A DNA stretch of 63,731 nucleotides from an uncultured Bacilli bacterium (GTDB taxonomy: Bacteria; Bacillota_I; Bacilli_A; RF39; UBA660): assembly GCA_947628585.1 (NCBI GenBank), contig CANRAL010000003.1:1-63731 (forward strand). Direction: 5' to 3'. A program made the translations under genes and the position numbers. Every line of letters starts with the position of its first letter. The first letter of the stretch is position 1. Under the pieces are notes generated by a model, which searched no databases, was not told the DNA's origin, and worked only from the letters and a program-made list of their open reading frames with translations. Of this stretch, positions 19,215 through 29,683 are shown piece after piece.

Positions 19215-19781
19215 ATGAAAGAAAAAGATTTTAATGTCAAAAAAATGTATAGTAAGGAACGAAAGAGTATTTTCTTAAATAGTTTTGGTAAAGCTTTGGC
19301 AATTTCGACAATAATTGCTTCTTTAAGTTTAGCCTCAATTATAACGGTAGTTGATTTAAATGCTTATCTTACAATGGCTTTAATCGTAATAGCCTCATCT
19401 TCAACTATTTATGCAACTTATAAAATGAATAAAATTTATCCTAAAAGAAAGGATAATTATGCAGAAGAAACTCCTCGTTATCAAACAAAAAAAGTAAAAG
19501 AAGAAGTAAAACCCGTTATTAAAAATGAAGAAGAGAAAGAAAAAGAAATATTAAATAATATTTTAAATAATTGGGAATTATTAGATGAATATACTAAAAA
19601 GTTAGTAAAATATAAAGTTAAAAGACTAAGTCTATTACGAAAATTAGCTAAAAATTCCATAGATAAGGGAGAAATGCTTAATTATTCTAAAGAAATGGAT
19701 GAAATTTGGGCTTATTTAAGTTGTATTGATAGTCGTTATATTTCTCGGAAAAGGACAAAGAAGAAAAATGAATGGATCTAA
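19215..19781 (+). CDS. Hypothetical membrane protein (two TM helices, K/E-rich tail)
   Basis: GGGGGT RBS. Hydrophobic segments ISTIIASLSLASIITVV and ALIVIASSSTIYA. Confidence 0.5.
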   Translation: MKEKDFNVKKMYSKERKSIFLNSFGKALAISTIIASLSLASIITVVDLNAYLTMALIVIASSSTIYATYKMNKIYPKRKDNYAEETPRYQTKKVKEEVKPVIKNEEEKEKEILNNILNNWELLDEYTKKLVKYKVKRLSLLRKLAKNSIDKGEMLNYSKEMDEIWAYLSCIDSRYISRKRTKKKNEWI

Positions 19782-20697
19782 AAAGAAAATAAATAAATTT
19801 TATCGTTATCAAAATAATCAAAATACTAATTTAAGAGAAGAAGCTGTAGCTTTATTCAATGGTTTTCAAAAAGATTTAGAAAATGATTTTTATGGTGATG
19901 CGCGGAAAAAAATTGCCTTACTTAAAAAAACAGGATGGAATAGAACCTTATGGAAAGCTCAAAGTGAACTTGAAGCATTGGAATATAATTTTGATAAAGC
20001 TTTTGATTTAATTGATAAATGTGAATATTATCAAAGTAGTCGACCAAGAACTATCGATGATTACAAATATAAAATTGCTACAATTTACCTTATGGAAGGA
20101 AAATTTGATATTGCATATGGCATGTTTATAGAATTATTAAGTAGTCCTACTCATCGTGATATAGCTTTAAAAAAATTAATTCATATTGATTTATTAAATT
20201 ATAATTATGATTTAGCTTTAAAGAAATTAGAAAAGATACCTAATTTAGAAAATGATATTCAAATGGAAAAAGTTCGAATGTGGATTTATTATAATTTAGG
20301 AATGGATATACCTAAAAAGTTAAAAAATAATAATCATTATTTTTATAATCGATTAACTGATAGTTCTGATCAATTATTAGTAAGTCATCTAAAACAATTA
20401 TATTTAACAAATTATAATCGAGACGGATATTGCAAATTATTTTTACCAAATCTAGATTTTTATGCTTTAGTTGATTACGTTAAAAATAATATTGAAAAAT
20501 ATAATGCATTATATTTTAATAATTATCATCGATACATAATGCAATTAGATGAAGTAATTGGAACTGTAAATGGACTTGATACTAAAAATATTTGTATTGG
20601 AACATTAGGTATGGGTGAAACAATATTTTCTATTTATCCAGTTCAAGTATCGAAACAATTTGATAATGAAGGAAAAAGTTTAAAAAGAACTTTATAA
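19768..20697 (+). CDS. Hypothetical helical-repeat (TPR-like) protein
   Basis: The ATG at 19768 is inside the track ORF 19726..20697. Repeated helical pairs are visible. Confidence 0.45.
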   Translation: MNGSKKKINKFYRYQNNQNTNLREEAVALFNGFQKDLENDFYGDARKKIALLKKTGWNRTLWKAQSELEALEYNFDKAFDLIDKCEYYQSSRPRTIDDYKYKIATIYLMEGKFDIAYGMFIELLSSPTHRDIALKKLIHIDLLNYNYDLALKKLEKIPNLENDIQMEKVRMWIYYNLGMDIPKKLKNNNHYFYNRLTDSSDQLLVSHLKQLYLTNYNRDGYCKLFLPNLDFYALVDYVKNNIEKYNALYFNNYHRYIMQLDEVIGTVNGLDTKNICIGTLGMGETIFSIYPVQVSKQFDNEGKSLKRTL

Positions 20698-20698
20698 A

Positions 20699-20728
20699 GA
20701 AAAACAAAAAAACATTGTTTTTCTTTTT
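20699..20728 (+). terminator. Rho-independent terminator
   Basis: GAAAAACAA / TTGTTTTTC stem with a 7-nt loop and a T5 tail. Confidence 0.7.
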
Positions 20729-20776
20729 ATTTATTGGTAATCTGTGGTAAAATATTATCAGAAAAGAGGTAAAAAA

Positions 20777-22033
20777 ATGATTACTAAACCTAAAGGAACT
20801 TATGATTTAATTGGATTAGATAGTAAATTATACCAATATATATATAATACGGTAAATGAATATATGATTAATTATCATTATGAATTTATAAGAACTCCGG
20901 TTTTTGAGGCTACCGAATTGTTTCATCGAACAGTTGGGGATAATACCGATATTGTTACAAAAGAAACTTATGATTTTGTTGATAGAGGAAATAGAAATAT
21001 TACATTAAGACCGGAAGGGACCGCGGGGGTAGTTAGAAGTGTCATTGAAAATAAATTATATGGTAATCGCAATGATGCTTTAAAATATTATTATATTGAA
21101 ACTATGTATCGTTATGAAAGACCTCAGGCTGGAAGATATCGGGAATTAACTCAATTTGGAGTTGAAGTTTTTAATTCTAATTCGATTATGATCGATGCCG
21201 AAGTTATCTCCTTGGGATATAATATTTTAAAAGATTTAGGTATAGATAATTTTACGGTTCAAATTAATTCTTTGGGAGATAAGGAATCAAGAGAAAATTA
21301 TACAATGGCTTTAAAAGAATATTTAAAACCTCATATAGAAGAGCTATGTAGCGACTGTCAAGAAAGATTTAAGAAAAATCCTTTAAGAATTTTAGACTGT
21401 AAAGTAGATAAAGATAATTCTATTTTAAAAAATGTTCCTAAATTAAATTCTTATTTAAATAAAGAAAGCTTAGATAGATATAATAAACTTAAGACTTTAT
21501 TAACGCATTTAGATATTGATTATGAAGAAAATTCTAGTTTAGTTAGAGGTTTAGATTACTATGATGATATTGTTTGGGAATATGTAACTGATAATGATAA
21601 TCTAGCTTTAGGTGGGGGAGGCCGATATAATCATCTAGTTAAAAATTTAGGAGGTCCGGAAATGCCCGCGATTGGATTTGGAATGGGTATTGATAGGGTT
21701 ATTAATGAACTTAAAAAAATACTTGAAGGTAAAGGCGAAATTCCTCATAATATTGATGTATATATTATGGGTATTAGCGAAGAAGAAAAAATCGCAGGCT
21801 TAAAAATAGCTCAAGATTTAAGATTAAATAATGTAATTACGGAAATAAATAATAGTGATTTAAGTTTCAAAAGTCAATTTAAAGTAGCGGATATGCTTCA
21901 AGCAAAATTTTTATTAATTTTAAATAATAATGATTTAGCTAAAGGATTAATTAATGTAAAAGATAATGCTACCAAAGAAGAAATAAAAGTAGATGAAAAT
22001 GAAATTGTAGATTACATTATTGGAAATTTATAG
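20777..22033 (+). CDS. hisS: Histidine--tRNA ligase
   Basis: Motifs RPEGTAG and GGGRYN. An extended -10 (TGgTAAAAT, 20745-20753) lies inside the track start, so ATG 20777 with an AGAGG RBS is preferred. Confidence 0.9.
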   Translation: MITKPKGTYDLIGLDSKLYQYIYNTVNEYMINYHYEFIRTPVFEATELFHRTVGDNTDIVTKETYDFVDRGNRNITLRPEGTAGVVRSVIENKLYGNRNDALKYYYIETMYRYERPQAGRYRELTQFGVEVFNSNSIMIDAEVISLGYNILKDLGIDNFTVQINSLGDKESRENYTMALKEYLKPHIEELCSDCQERFKKNPLRILDCKVDKDNSILKNVPKLNSYLNKESLDRYNKLKTLLTHLDIDYEENSSLVRGLDYYDDIVWEYVTDNDNLALGGGGRYNHLVKNLGGPEMPAIGFGMGIDRVINELKKILEGKGEIPHNIDVYIMGISEEEKIAGLKIAQDLRLNNVITEINNSDLSFKSQFKVADMLQAKFLLILNNNDLAKGLINVKDNATKEEIKVDENEIVDYIIGNL

Positions 22034-22041
22034 GAGGAAAT

Positions 22042-23769
22042 ATGGAAAATATATATCGTAACTGTTACTGTGGAGAATTAAGAAAAACTGATGAAGGAAA
22101 AACAGTTAAAGTAGCTGGTTGGGTTAATTCAATTCGAAATTTAGGTTCTTTAGTTTTTATGACTTTAAGAGATGAAACAGGATTAGTTCAAATAATAAGT
22201 GAAGATGCTAAAGAATTTAGTACTTTAACCAAAGAAAGTACAGTTTCTATAACGGGAATTGTAAGATTACGGTCTGATGTTAATCCTAATATGAAAACGG
22301 GAGATATTGAAATTCTTTTAAAAGATTTAACAGTATTAGGTAAATGTTTAAATACTTTACCTTTTGAAATAAATAGAAGTAAGGAAGCAAGTGAAGAAAC
22401 TAGATTAAAATATCGCTATTTAGATTTAAGAAATCCTTTAGTTCATGACAAAATTTTAAAAAGGATTGAAGTAATTAATTTTTTAAGAGAAACTATGCGA
22501 AGTTTGAATTTTACGGAAATAGCAACACCAATCATCACAGCATCTAGTCCCGAAGGAGCAAGAGATTTTGTTATTCCTTCACGAAATTATAAAGGTAAAT
22601 TCTATGCTTTACCTCAAGCTCCTCAAATATATAAACAATTATTGATGGTTTCAGGATTTAATCGATATTTTCAAATTGCTCCTTGTTTTCGAGATGAAGA
22701 CTGTCGAGCTGATCGGACTTTGGAATTTTATCAATTAGACTTTGAAATGAGTTTTGCAACTGAAGAAGATGTTTATGAAGTTGGAGAAAAGGTTTTTTAC
22801 GATACATTTAGTAAATTTTCTAATAAAAAAGTAAGTCCTAGGCCTTTTAGAAGAATACCTTATAAAGAAGCTATGGAAAAATATGGTTCTGACAAACCAG
22901 ATTTAAGAAATCCTTTAATAATTGAAGATATTACCAATATTTTCTCTAATACAGAATTTAAAGGCTTTCAAAATAAAAAAGTAGTGGCTATAAAAGTAGA
23001 TTCTATTGATAAACCTAATTCTTTTTATAAAAAATGTGAAGATTTCATTAAGGAAAAAGGAGCTGAAGGATTAGCTTATTTAAAATATCAAGAAGATAAA
23101 TTAAATGGTTCAATTGTAAAATTTTTAAGTAATAAGGAAATAGAAGGTTTAATTAAAAAGTTTAATTTAAAAAATGGAAATGTTTTATTCATTTTAGCGG
23201 ATAATAAAAATGTTTTAAAATATGCTGGATTATTAAGAACTAAATTAGGAACAGAATTGGATTTAATTGCCAATGACTGTTTTGAATTTTGTATTATTAA
23301 TGATTTTCCTATGTATGAATACAATGAAGAAGATAAAAAATGGGATTTTGGACATAATCCTTTCAGTATGCCTAAAGGTGGTTTAGAAGCTTTAGAAAGT
23401 GATGATATTGAAAATATTGTAGCTTATCAATATGATTTTGTTTGTAATGGTTGTGAAATGGCTAGTGGAGCGGTTCGAAACCATGATATAGAAATCATGA
23501 AAAAGGCTTTTGCTATCGCCGGATATGATGAAGAAGTAATCAAAAATAAATTTCGCAGTTTATATACTGCATTCCAATATGGAGCACCTCCTCATGCAGG
23601 AATGGCTCCTGGAATTGACCGGATAATTATGCTTTTAACTGATGAAGAAAATTTAAGGGAAGTTCAAGTATTTCCTCCTAATGTATCGGGGATGGATCTA
23701 CTTATGGGTAGTCCGAATACTTTGGATGAAAAACAATTAAGAGAATTACATATTAAAGTAAGAGATTAA
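22042..23769 (+). CDS. aspS: Aspartate--tRNA ligase
   Basis: Motifs FYALPQAPQ, QIAPCFRDED and GAPPHAGMAPGIDR. Confidence 0.9.
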   Translation: MENIYRNCYCGELRKTDEGKTVKVAGWVNSIRNLGSLVFMTLRDETGLVQIISEDAKEFSTLTKESTVSITGIVRLRSDVNPNMKTGDIEILLKDLTVLGKCLNTLPFEINRSKEASEETRLKYRYLDLRNPLVHDKILKRIEVINFLRETMRSLNFTEIATPIITASSPEGARDFVIPSRNYKGKFYALPQAPQIYKQLLMVSGFNRYFQIAPCFRDEDCRADRTLEFYQLDFEMSFATEEDVYEVGEKVFYDTFSKFSNKKVSPRPFRRIPYKEAMEKYGSDKPDLRNPLIIEDITNIFSNTEFKGFQNKKVVAIKVDSIDKPNSFYKKCEDFIKEKGAEGLAYLKYQEDKLNGSIVKFLSNKEIEGLIKKFNLKNGNVLFILADNKNVLKYAGLLRTKLGTELDLIANDCFEFCIINDFPMYEYNEEDKKWDFGHNPFSMPKGGLEALESDDIENIVAYQYDFVCNGCEMASGAVRNHDIEIMKKAFAIAGYDEEVIKNKFRSLYTAFQYGAPPHAGMAPGIDRIIMLLTDEENLREVQVFPPNVSGMDLLMGSPNTLDEKQLRELHIKVRD

Positions 23770-23780
23770 AGGAGAATAAA

Positions 23781-25157
23781 ATGGATTTAAAGGATTTATT
23801 AGCTGATATAAAAAATTATTTAAATAAAGAAGTTCATTTGTGGGGTTGGATTCGAAATCATCGCGATCAAAAAACTTTTGGTTTTATCGATTTTTCCGAT
23901 GGAACTTGTCAAGAACATTTACAAATTGTCTATGATAATAATTTAGCTAATTTTAATGATATAACTAAACTACTAGTTGGATGTGCCATTGAAGTTACGG
24001 GTAAAATTGTCGAATCAAAAGGAAATCAAGCTTATGAAATGCAAGCTAGTAATATTAAATTATTAGGAAATTGTCCTGAAGATTATCCGATTCAACCAAA
24101 AAGACATACTAAAGAATTTTTAAGAGAACAAGCCTATCTTCGGCCCCGAACTAATCTTTTTCAAGCTGTATTTCGGATAAGAAGTATCGCAGCATGTGCA
24201 ATTCATGAGTATTTTCAAAGTCATAATTACATTTATGTAAATACGCCTTTACTTACTACTGCGGATTGTGAAGGATCAGATCAAATGTTTAAAGTAACGA
24301 CTCTTGATTTTAATAATTTACCTTATGATTCCGAACATAAAGTAGATATGAAAAAAGATTTATTTAATAAGCTTACATTTATCACGGGAACAGGGCAACT
24401 TCATGGGGAAGCGTTTGCCATGGCTTTTAAGAAAATTTATACTTTTGGTCCAACTTTTCGAACAGAAAATTCTAATACCAAGACTCATGCTAATGAATTT
24501 TGGATGATAGAACCCGAAATTGCTTTTTGTCATTTAGATGGTTTAATGGATATAGAAGAAGACATGCTTAAATTTGTTGTAAATTATTGTCTATTACATT
24601 GTCAAAAAGAGTTAGAATTTTGTGATAAATTTGTCGAAAATGGTTTAATTGATAAACTAACTAAACTAGTTAATTCTAAATTTACAAGAATTACGCATCA
24701 TGAAGTAATAGATATTTTAAAGAAAGCTAAAGTTAAATGGGAATTTAATCCTGAATATGACGGAGATATAGCTAAAGAACATGAAAAATATATAACGGAA
24801 TATTTTAATGGTCCAGTATTTATTACTAATTGGCCTAAAGATATCAAAGCTTGGTATATGAAACTTAATGATGATGATAAAACTGTAGCCGCCGTAGATT
24901 TGGAAGTACCTGGAGCCGGAGAACTTATGGGTGGTTCTGAACGGGAAGATGATTATGATAAATTAATTAAAAGAGCAAAGGATTTAAATGTTGATGTTGA
25001 CACTGTCGATTGGTTCTGTAATTTAAGAAAATATGGTGGTTGCTTTCATTCAGGCTTTGGAATGGGCTTTGAAAGATTAATAATTTATTTGACGGGAGTA
25101 GATAATATAAGGGATGTAATTCCTTTTCCACGGACTCCGGGAAATTGTGATTATTAA
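23781..25157 (+). CDS. asnS: Asparagine--tRNA ligase
   Basis: Motifs FRTENSNTKTHANEFWMIEPE and GFGMGFERL. Confidence 0.85.
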   Translation: MDLKDLLADIKNYLNKEVHLWGWIRNHRDQKTFGFIDFSDGTCQEHLQIVYDNNLANFNDITKLLVGCAIEVTGKIVESKGNQAYEMQASNIKLLGNCPEDYPIQPKRHTKEFLREQAYLRPRTNLFQAVFRIRSIAACAIHEYFQSHNYIYVNTPLLTTADCEGSDQMFKVTTLDFNNLPYDSEHKVDMKKDLFNKLTFITGTGQLHGEAFAMAFKKIYTFGPTFRTENSNTKTHANEFWMIEPEIAFCHLDGLMDIEEDMLKFVVNYCLLHCQKELEFCDKFVENGLIDKLTKLVNSKFTRITHHEVIDILKKAKVKWEFNPEYDGDIAKEHEKYITEYFNGPVFITNWPKDIKAWYMKLNDDDKTVAAVDLEVPGAGELMGGSEREDDYDKLIKRAKDLNVDVDTVDWFCNLRKYGGCFHSGFGMGFERLIIYLTGVDNIRDVIPFPRTPGNCDY

Positions 25158-25162
25158 ATAGT

Positions 25163-25191
25163 GATAATAGGTAATTACTTATTATCTTTTT
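25163..25191 (+). terminator. Rho-independent terminator after asnS
   Basis: GATAATA / TATTATC stem followed by TTTTT. Confidence 0.6.
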
Positions 25192-25257
25192 CGTTTGACA
25201 AAACATTATTAACTAGTTAAACTATTAATAATGAACTATATAAAAGAAGGGTGAATT

Positions 25258-25560
25258 ATGAAAAAATTTACAAAAGAAATGGTTGATGATTACGCTAATA
25301 AACTTTTAATTGGTTTAACAGAAGAAGAAAATAAATTAGTTTTGGATGAAATGGACATTATTGAAGAAACAATGAATAATATTTTAAAAATTAAAGATAT
25401 TGCTAAAGTTGAACCGATGTGTTATTGTCTTGACGATTTTTCTATTAAATTACGAGAAGATGAAGCTTTAGAATCTTGTGATATAAATGAACTTTTACAA
25501 AATTGTGATATGTATGAAGATCGCGAAATTGTTGTACCAAAGGTGGTGGATAATAAATGA
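25258..25560 (+). CDS. gatC: Glu/Asp-tRNA amidotransferase subunit C
   Basis: 100-aa acidic protein immediately upstream of gatA, overlapping its start. Confidence 0.8.
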   Translation: MKKFTKEMVDDYANKLLIGLTEEENKLVLDEMDIIEETMNNILKIKDIAKVEPMCYCLDDFSIKLREDEALESCDINELLQNCDMYEDREIVVPKVVDNK

Positions 25561-27017
25561 ATTATATGTCTAAAACTTTAGAAGAAATTCATAAATCCTT
25601 AATAAATAAAGAAGTTACTAGTGCGGAATTAATTCAAGAATCTTTACAAAAATCGCATGAAATCGCGGAAAAATGTAATGCTTTTGTAACCATTTTAGAT
25701 GATGCTAAAGCCCAAGAAGTAACCGATAATGTTTTATCAGGTATTCCTTATGGGGTAAAAGATAATTATTCCACCAAAGGAATTCTTACAACTGGTTCTA
25801 GTAATACCTTAAAAGATTATGTTCCTTTTTTTGATGCAACCGCCATTGCTAATTTAAAAAAAGCTGGTGCGGTAATGGTCAATAAAACTGCTTTAGATGA
25901 GTTTGGCATGGGTGGTACTGGAACCAATGCCCATACGGGAATAATTACTAATCCTTGGGATAAAACACGGATGTGTGCAGGATCTTCCGCGGGAAGTGCT
26001 GCAGCTGTTGCCAGTGGTGTCTATCCTTATGCTTTAGGTTCCGATACCGGAGATTCTATTCGTAAACCCGCGGCTTTCTGTGGCATTGTAGGGTATAAAC
26101 CTACTTATGGTATGATTTCGCGATATGGCTTATTTCCTTATGCTTCCAGTATGGATCATTGTGGTGTTTTAACGAGATGTGTTAAAGATGCTGCTTTAGT
26201 AGTTGATGCGATGAAGGGAATCGATGAAAAAGATATGACAAGTTGGGATTCTCAAAATATCCACCTTGCGCAAAGTTTAAATGGTAACGTTGCTAATAAA
26301 AAATTATGTTATATAAAAGAAATATGTGATATTGATAATTACCCTAATGCTACTGAAGAACTTAAAAAACATTTAGAAAACTTCCAAAAAACTTTACAAA
26401 TTTGTGAAAAATTGGGAATAAAAGTAGATAAAGTAAGTATTGATAAAACTTTATTAAAAGCGGAACCGGCAGTTTATGTAGTATTATCCTATGCTGAGGC
26501 TACCAGCAATTTATCTAATTTGACCGGTATTATTTTTGGTCCGCGAGGTAGTGGAAAAAATGTCGAAGAAATGATTAAAGATCATCGAACCAAAGGTTTT
26601 TCACCACTTATTAAAAGAAGATTTGTAATTGGTTCTTATGTTTTACAAAAAGAAAATCAAGAAAAATATTTTAAAAATGCGCAAAGAGTAAGAAGACTTT
26701 TAGTAGATGCTTGGAAAAAATTATTTTTAGAATATGATGGCGTTATTTTACCAGTTAGTACTGGAGGAGCCAAACATTTAGATATTAATTTGGATATTTT
26801 ATCTAAAGATACGGAAATTTTAGAAGAACATTTGCAAATAGCTAATTTTGGTGGTTTTCCTTCTATAACTATTCCTAATGGCTTTATTGATAATTTACCA
26901 GTTGGTGTAAATATCACGGGTAATTGTTATGACGATGAAAACATCTTAAATATAGCCTATGCTTTAGAAAGTAAAATGAATTATAAAAATATGATAGCAG
27001 GTGAAAAACATGAATAA
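25557..27017 (+). CDS. gatA: Glu/Asp-tRNA amidotransferase subunit A
   Basis: Amidase signature GSSAGSAAAVASG...GSDTGDSIRKPA. Confidence 0.9.
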   Translation: MNYMSKTLEEIHKSLINKEVTSAELIQESLQKSHEIAEKCNAFVTILDDAKAQEVTDNVLSGIPYGVKDNYSTKGILTTGSSNTLKDYVPFFDATAIANLKKAGAVMVNKTALDEFGMGGTGTNAHTGIITNPWDKTRMCAGSSAGSAAAVASGVYPYALGSDTGDSIRKPAAFCGIVGYKPTYGMISRYGLFPYASSMDHCGVLTRCVKDAALVVDAMKGIDEKDMTSWDSQNIHLAQSLNGNVANKKLCYIKEICDIDNYPNATEELKKHLENFQKTLQICEKLGIKVDKVSIDKTLLKAEPAVYVVLSYAEATSNLSNLTGIIFGPRGSGKNVEEMIKDHRTKGFSPLIKRRFVIGSYVLQKENQEKYFKNAQRVRRLLVDAWKKLFLEYDGVILPVSTGGAKHLDINLDILSKDTEILEEHLQIANFGGFPSITIPNGFIDNLPVGVNITGNCYDDENILNIAYALESKMNYKNMIAGEKHE

Positions 27018-28437
27018 ATATCAAGCTGTAATTGGAATTGAAATGCATTGTGAACTAAAAAGTAACTCTAAAGTATTTTCTGCATCTCAAAATGAATTTA
27101 GTGAAATACCTAATAGTCATATAAATCCTTTAGATATGGCTTTCCCGGGTACATTACCTGTTTTAAATAAAAAAAGCTATGAAGATGCTTTAAAAATGGC
27201 TTTGGTTTTAAATTGTGAAATTCCTAAATATATGTGTTTTGATCGAAAAAACTATTATTATCCTGATTTACCTAAAGGCTACCAAATAACCCAAAATACT
27301 AGTCCAGTTGGTACTAATGGTTATATAATGGTTCCTTATTTAGATAAAGAAATAAAAGTTTTAATTCATGACATTCACTTAGAAGAAGATTCAGCTTCTT
27401 TGGAACACTTTTTTGATGCTACTTTAATTGATTATAATCGAGCTGGTGTTCCACTTTTAGAACTAGTTACAGAACCTTGTTTTCATAGTGCCGATGAAGT
27501 TTTAGCATTTTTAGAATATATAAGAACAGTCTATCAATATTGTGAAATATCCGATGCCGATTTAAAGAAAGGCCAAGTTCGATGTGATGTCAATGTTTCG
27601 ATTTGTGATTATGATAGTAAGATTTTGGGAACAAAAGTGGAAGTTAAAAATATTAATGGATTTGCTAATATAGTTGAAGCCATTAATTATGAAATTAATC
27701 GGCAAAGTGAGTTAAAAGATTTAGGTAGATACGAAGAAGTAGAACAAGAAACTAGACGTTTTTCAGAAGAAACTGGTATGACTTATCGGATGCGAAGTAA
27801 AGTTGATGCCATTGATTATAAATATTTTATCGAACCTAATATTCCCAAATTTATTATTTCGGAAAGTTTAAAGGAAAAATTAAAAAAGGAAATACCAATT
27901 TTACCTTTAGAAAAGAAAAAACTATACATTAATACCTATAACTTAAATAAAAATGAGGCAAACATTATCATTAAAGATCGTTTTTTAGCTCAATATTTTG
28001 AAGAAAGTGTAAATCTAGGCGTTAACCCTAAAACCACGGCAAATTGGCTAATAACAATGATTTTAGGTTATTTAAATAAATATGATAAAAGTATTAAAGA
28101 AATAAATTTTACACCTCAAGAATTAAAAAAATTAACTATTTATCTGGAAAATGGAACAATTTCTAGTAAACAAGCTAAAGAAATATTCTTTAAAGTTTTA
28201 GAAGAAAATAGGGGAGTAGATAGTTTTATCGATAAGGAAAATACTCAAAATTCTAATAAAGAAGAATTAGAAAAAATAATAGATGATATTCTTTCTCGTA
28301 ATGAAGCTCAAATAAAAGATTATCATAATGGTAAAACAAATCTTTTTGATTTCTTTGTAGGTCAAGTTATGAAAGAAACTAAGGGTAAAGCTAATCCTAT
28401 ATTAACTAAAGAAATATTAAAAAATAAACTTAATTAA
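27010..28437 (+). CDS. gatB: Glu/Asp-tRNA amidotransferase subunit B
   Basis: Motifs VIGIEMHCEL, DYNRAGVPLLELVTEP and a C-terminal GatB/YqeY tail. AGGTGA RBS precedes the ATG at 27010. Confidence 0.9.
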   Translation: MNKYQAVIGIEMHCELKSNSKVFSASQNEFSEIPNSHINPLDMAFPGTLPVLNKKSYEDALKMALVLNCEIPKYMCFDRKNYYYPDLPKGYQITQNTSPVGTNGYIMVPYLDKEIKVLIHDIHLEEDSASLEHFFDATLIDYNRAGVPLLELVTEPCFHSADEVLAFLEYIRTVYQYCEISDADLKKGQVRCDVNVSICDYDSKILGTKVEVKNINGFANIVEAINYEINRQSELKDLGRYEEVEQETRRFSEETGMTYRMRSKVDAIDYKYFIEPNIPKFIISESLKEKLKKEIPILPLEKKKLYINTYNLNKNEANIIIKDRFLAQYFEESVNLGVNPKTTANWLITMILGYLNKYDKSIKEINFTPQELKKLTIYLENGTISSKQAKEIFFKVLEENRGVDSFIDKENTQNSNKEELEKIIDDILSRNEAQIKDYHNGKTNLFDFFVGQVMKETKGKANPILTKEILKNKLN

Positions 28438-28457
28438 AACGATAATATCGTTTTTTT
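28436..28457 (+). terminator. Rho-independent terminator after gatB
   Basis: AACGAT-aat-ATCGTT stem followed by T7. Confidence 0.65.
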
Positions 28458-28512
28458 CTTTAATAAATTAATAAATTATGCTATACTTATCTTAAGGTAG
28501 AAAGAGGTTATA

Positions 28513-29253
28513 ATGAAAGATATAAAAAAAGTTAAAAATAAAATTATTTTAATCTTATCATTAATGATTATTTTACTAATATATTGTTTTATTATGTATA
28601 CTGGTGTAGGTAATAACAATAATAATCCTAATTTTGAAATTATCGATGCCAATAATTTAATAAGTCAAAGATTGTCGGAAGTTATACCTTTTGTTTCTCT
28701 AATAGATAGTAACTTAAATACTGCTTATCAGGCTAAAAAAGTAACTAATAAAAATATCAGTAATCCCATATTTTTAATGAAAGCTTATCAAAATTCTACT
28801 ACTAAATCTAATCAAAGTTTTATGGAAGTATTAAAAAGACTATATGGTAATAACATATTTATAGTTCAAGAGAGCTTCAATTTATCCGGTAGTATTAATT
28901 GTCAATATGATGAAAAACTTTTAAATTATAAATGTAAGGAAACCGATTATGATGGCATAATTTATGATATTAGTCGACAATTTACAAATTTAGGAATAAA
29001 TAATGATAATTATCTTTTAAAAGAAAATATTATTTTTTATAGTAGAGAAGTAGGGGAAGAAGAAATAATTTATAAAGTCTATAATGATTATAATTTTAAA
29101 GAAGAAGTTGGCGAATTTAAAGATACAGATTTAAATCAAGATATAGATACCTATTTATTTAATAATTATGCAAAATATTCTAAAAAATATGTAAGTAATT
29201 TTAAATATAGTAATAATACCTATCGTTGGTTAAGTACTGAGGTAGACCAATGA
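28513..29253 (+). CDS. Membrane-anchored protein of unknown function
   Basis: N-terminal TM (IILILSLMIILLIYCFIM). Own extended -10 promoter (TGcTATACT). Stop overlaps the next start. Confidence 0.55.
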   Translation: MKDIKKVKNKIILILSLMIILLIYCFIMYTGVGNNNNNPNFEIIDANNLISQRLSEVIPFVSLIDSNLNTAYQAKKVTNKNISNPIFLMKAYQNSTTKSNQSFMEVLKRLYGNNIFIVQESFNLSGSINCQYDEKLLNYKCKETDYDGIIYDISRQFTNLGINNDNYLLKENIIFYSREVGEEEIIYKVYNDYNFKEEVGEFKDTDLNQDIDTYLFNNYAKYSKKYVSNFKYSNNTYRWLSTEVDQ

Positions 29254-29672
29254 AAAAAATATGGTTTTTAATAATTATAATTGTTGCAGCATTAGTAGGT
29301 ACTTGCAGTTACTTTTATATTAAAAGTTTAGATAAAAATATTTTATCTATTATAATAAATAAAGAAAATAAGGATTATACCGATGTAGTCTTAACTAATT
29401 ATGAAGAATATCAAGCTTTTATTTCGGAATATAATATTAATGGAAAAATGACGGAAAAGGAATTTGAAAATAAAGATTATATTGCTGATTTTATACCTTA
29501 TGTTAAAAATTTAAAAATTATAAATATTGAAGTTTATTTAGATAGTGATTTAAAAATTGTTTATGAAACTGATCCTATGGTAATGGATAGTGATAAATTA
29601 TTAGTTAATTTTATGCCAATTGATAAAGGGGCTTTACCTAAAATAAATAGCGTAGATAAAGAATTTAAATAG
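29250..29672 (+). CDS. Membrane-anchored protein of unknown function
   Basis: N-terminal TM (IWFLIIIIVAALVGT). Translationally coupled to both neighbours. Confidence 0.55.
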   Translation: MKKIWFLIIIIVAALVGTCSYFYIKSLDKNILSIIINKENKDYTDVVLTNYEEYQAFISEYNINGKMTEKEFENKDYIADFIPYVKNLKIINIEVYLDSDLKIVYETDPMVMDSDKLLVNFMPIDKGALPKINSVDKEFK

Positions 29673-29683
29673 AGGTGGAAAAA

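Noticed and set aside
20698-23780. T-box leaders upstream of hisS, aspS and asnS.
   Set aside because: The upstream gaps are only about 80, 8 and 11 nt. There is no specifier-loop or T-box (AGGGUGGUACCGCG-like) sequence.
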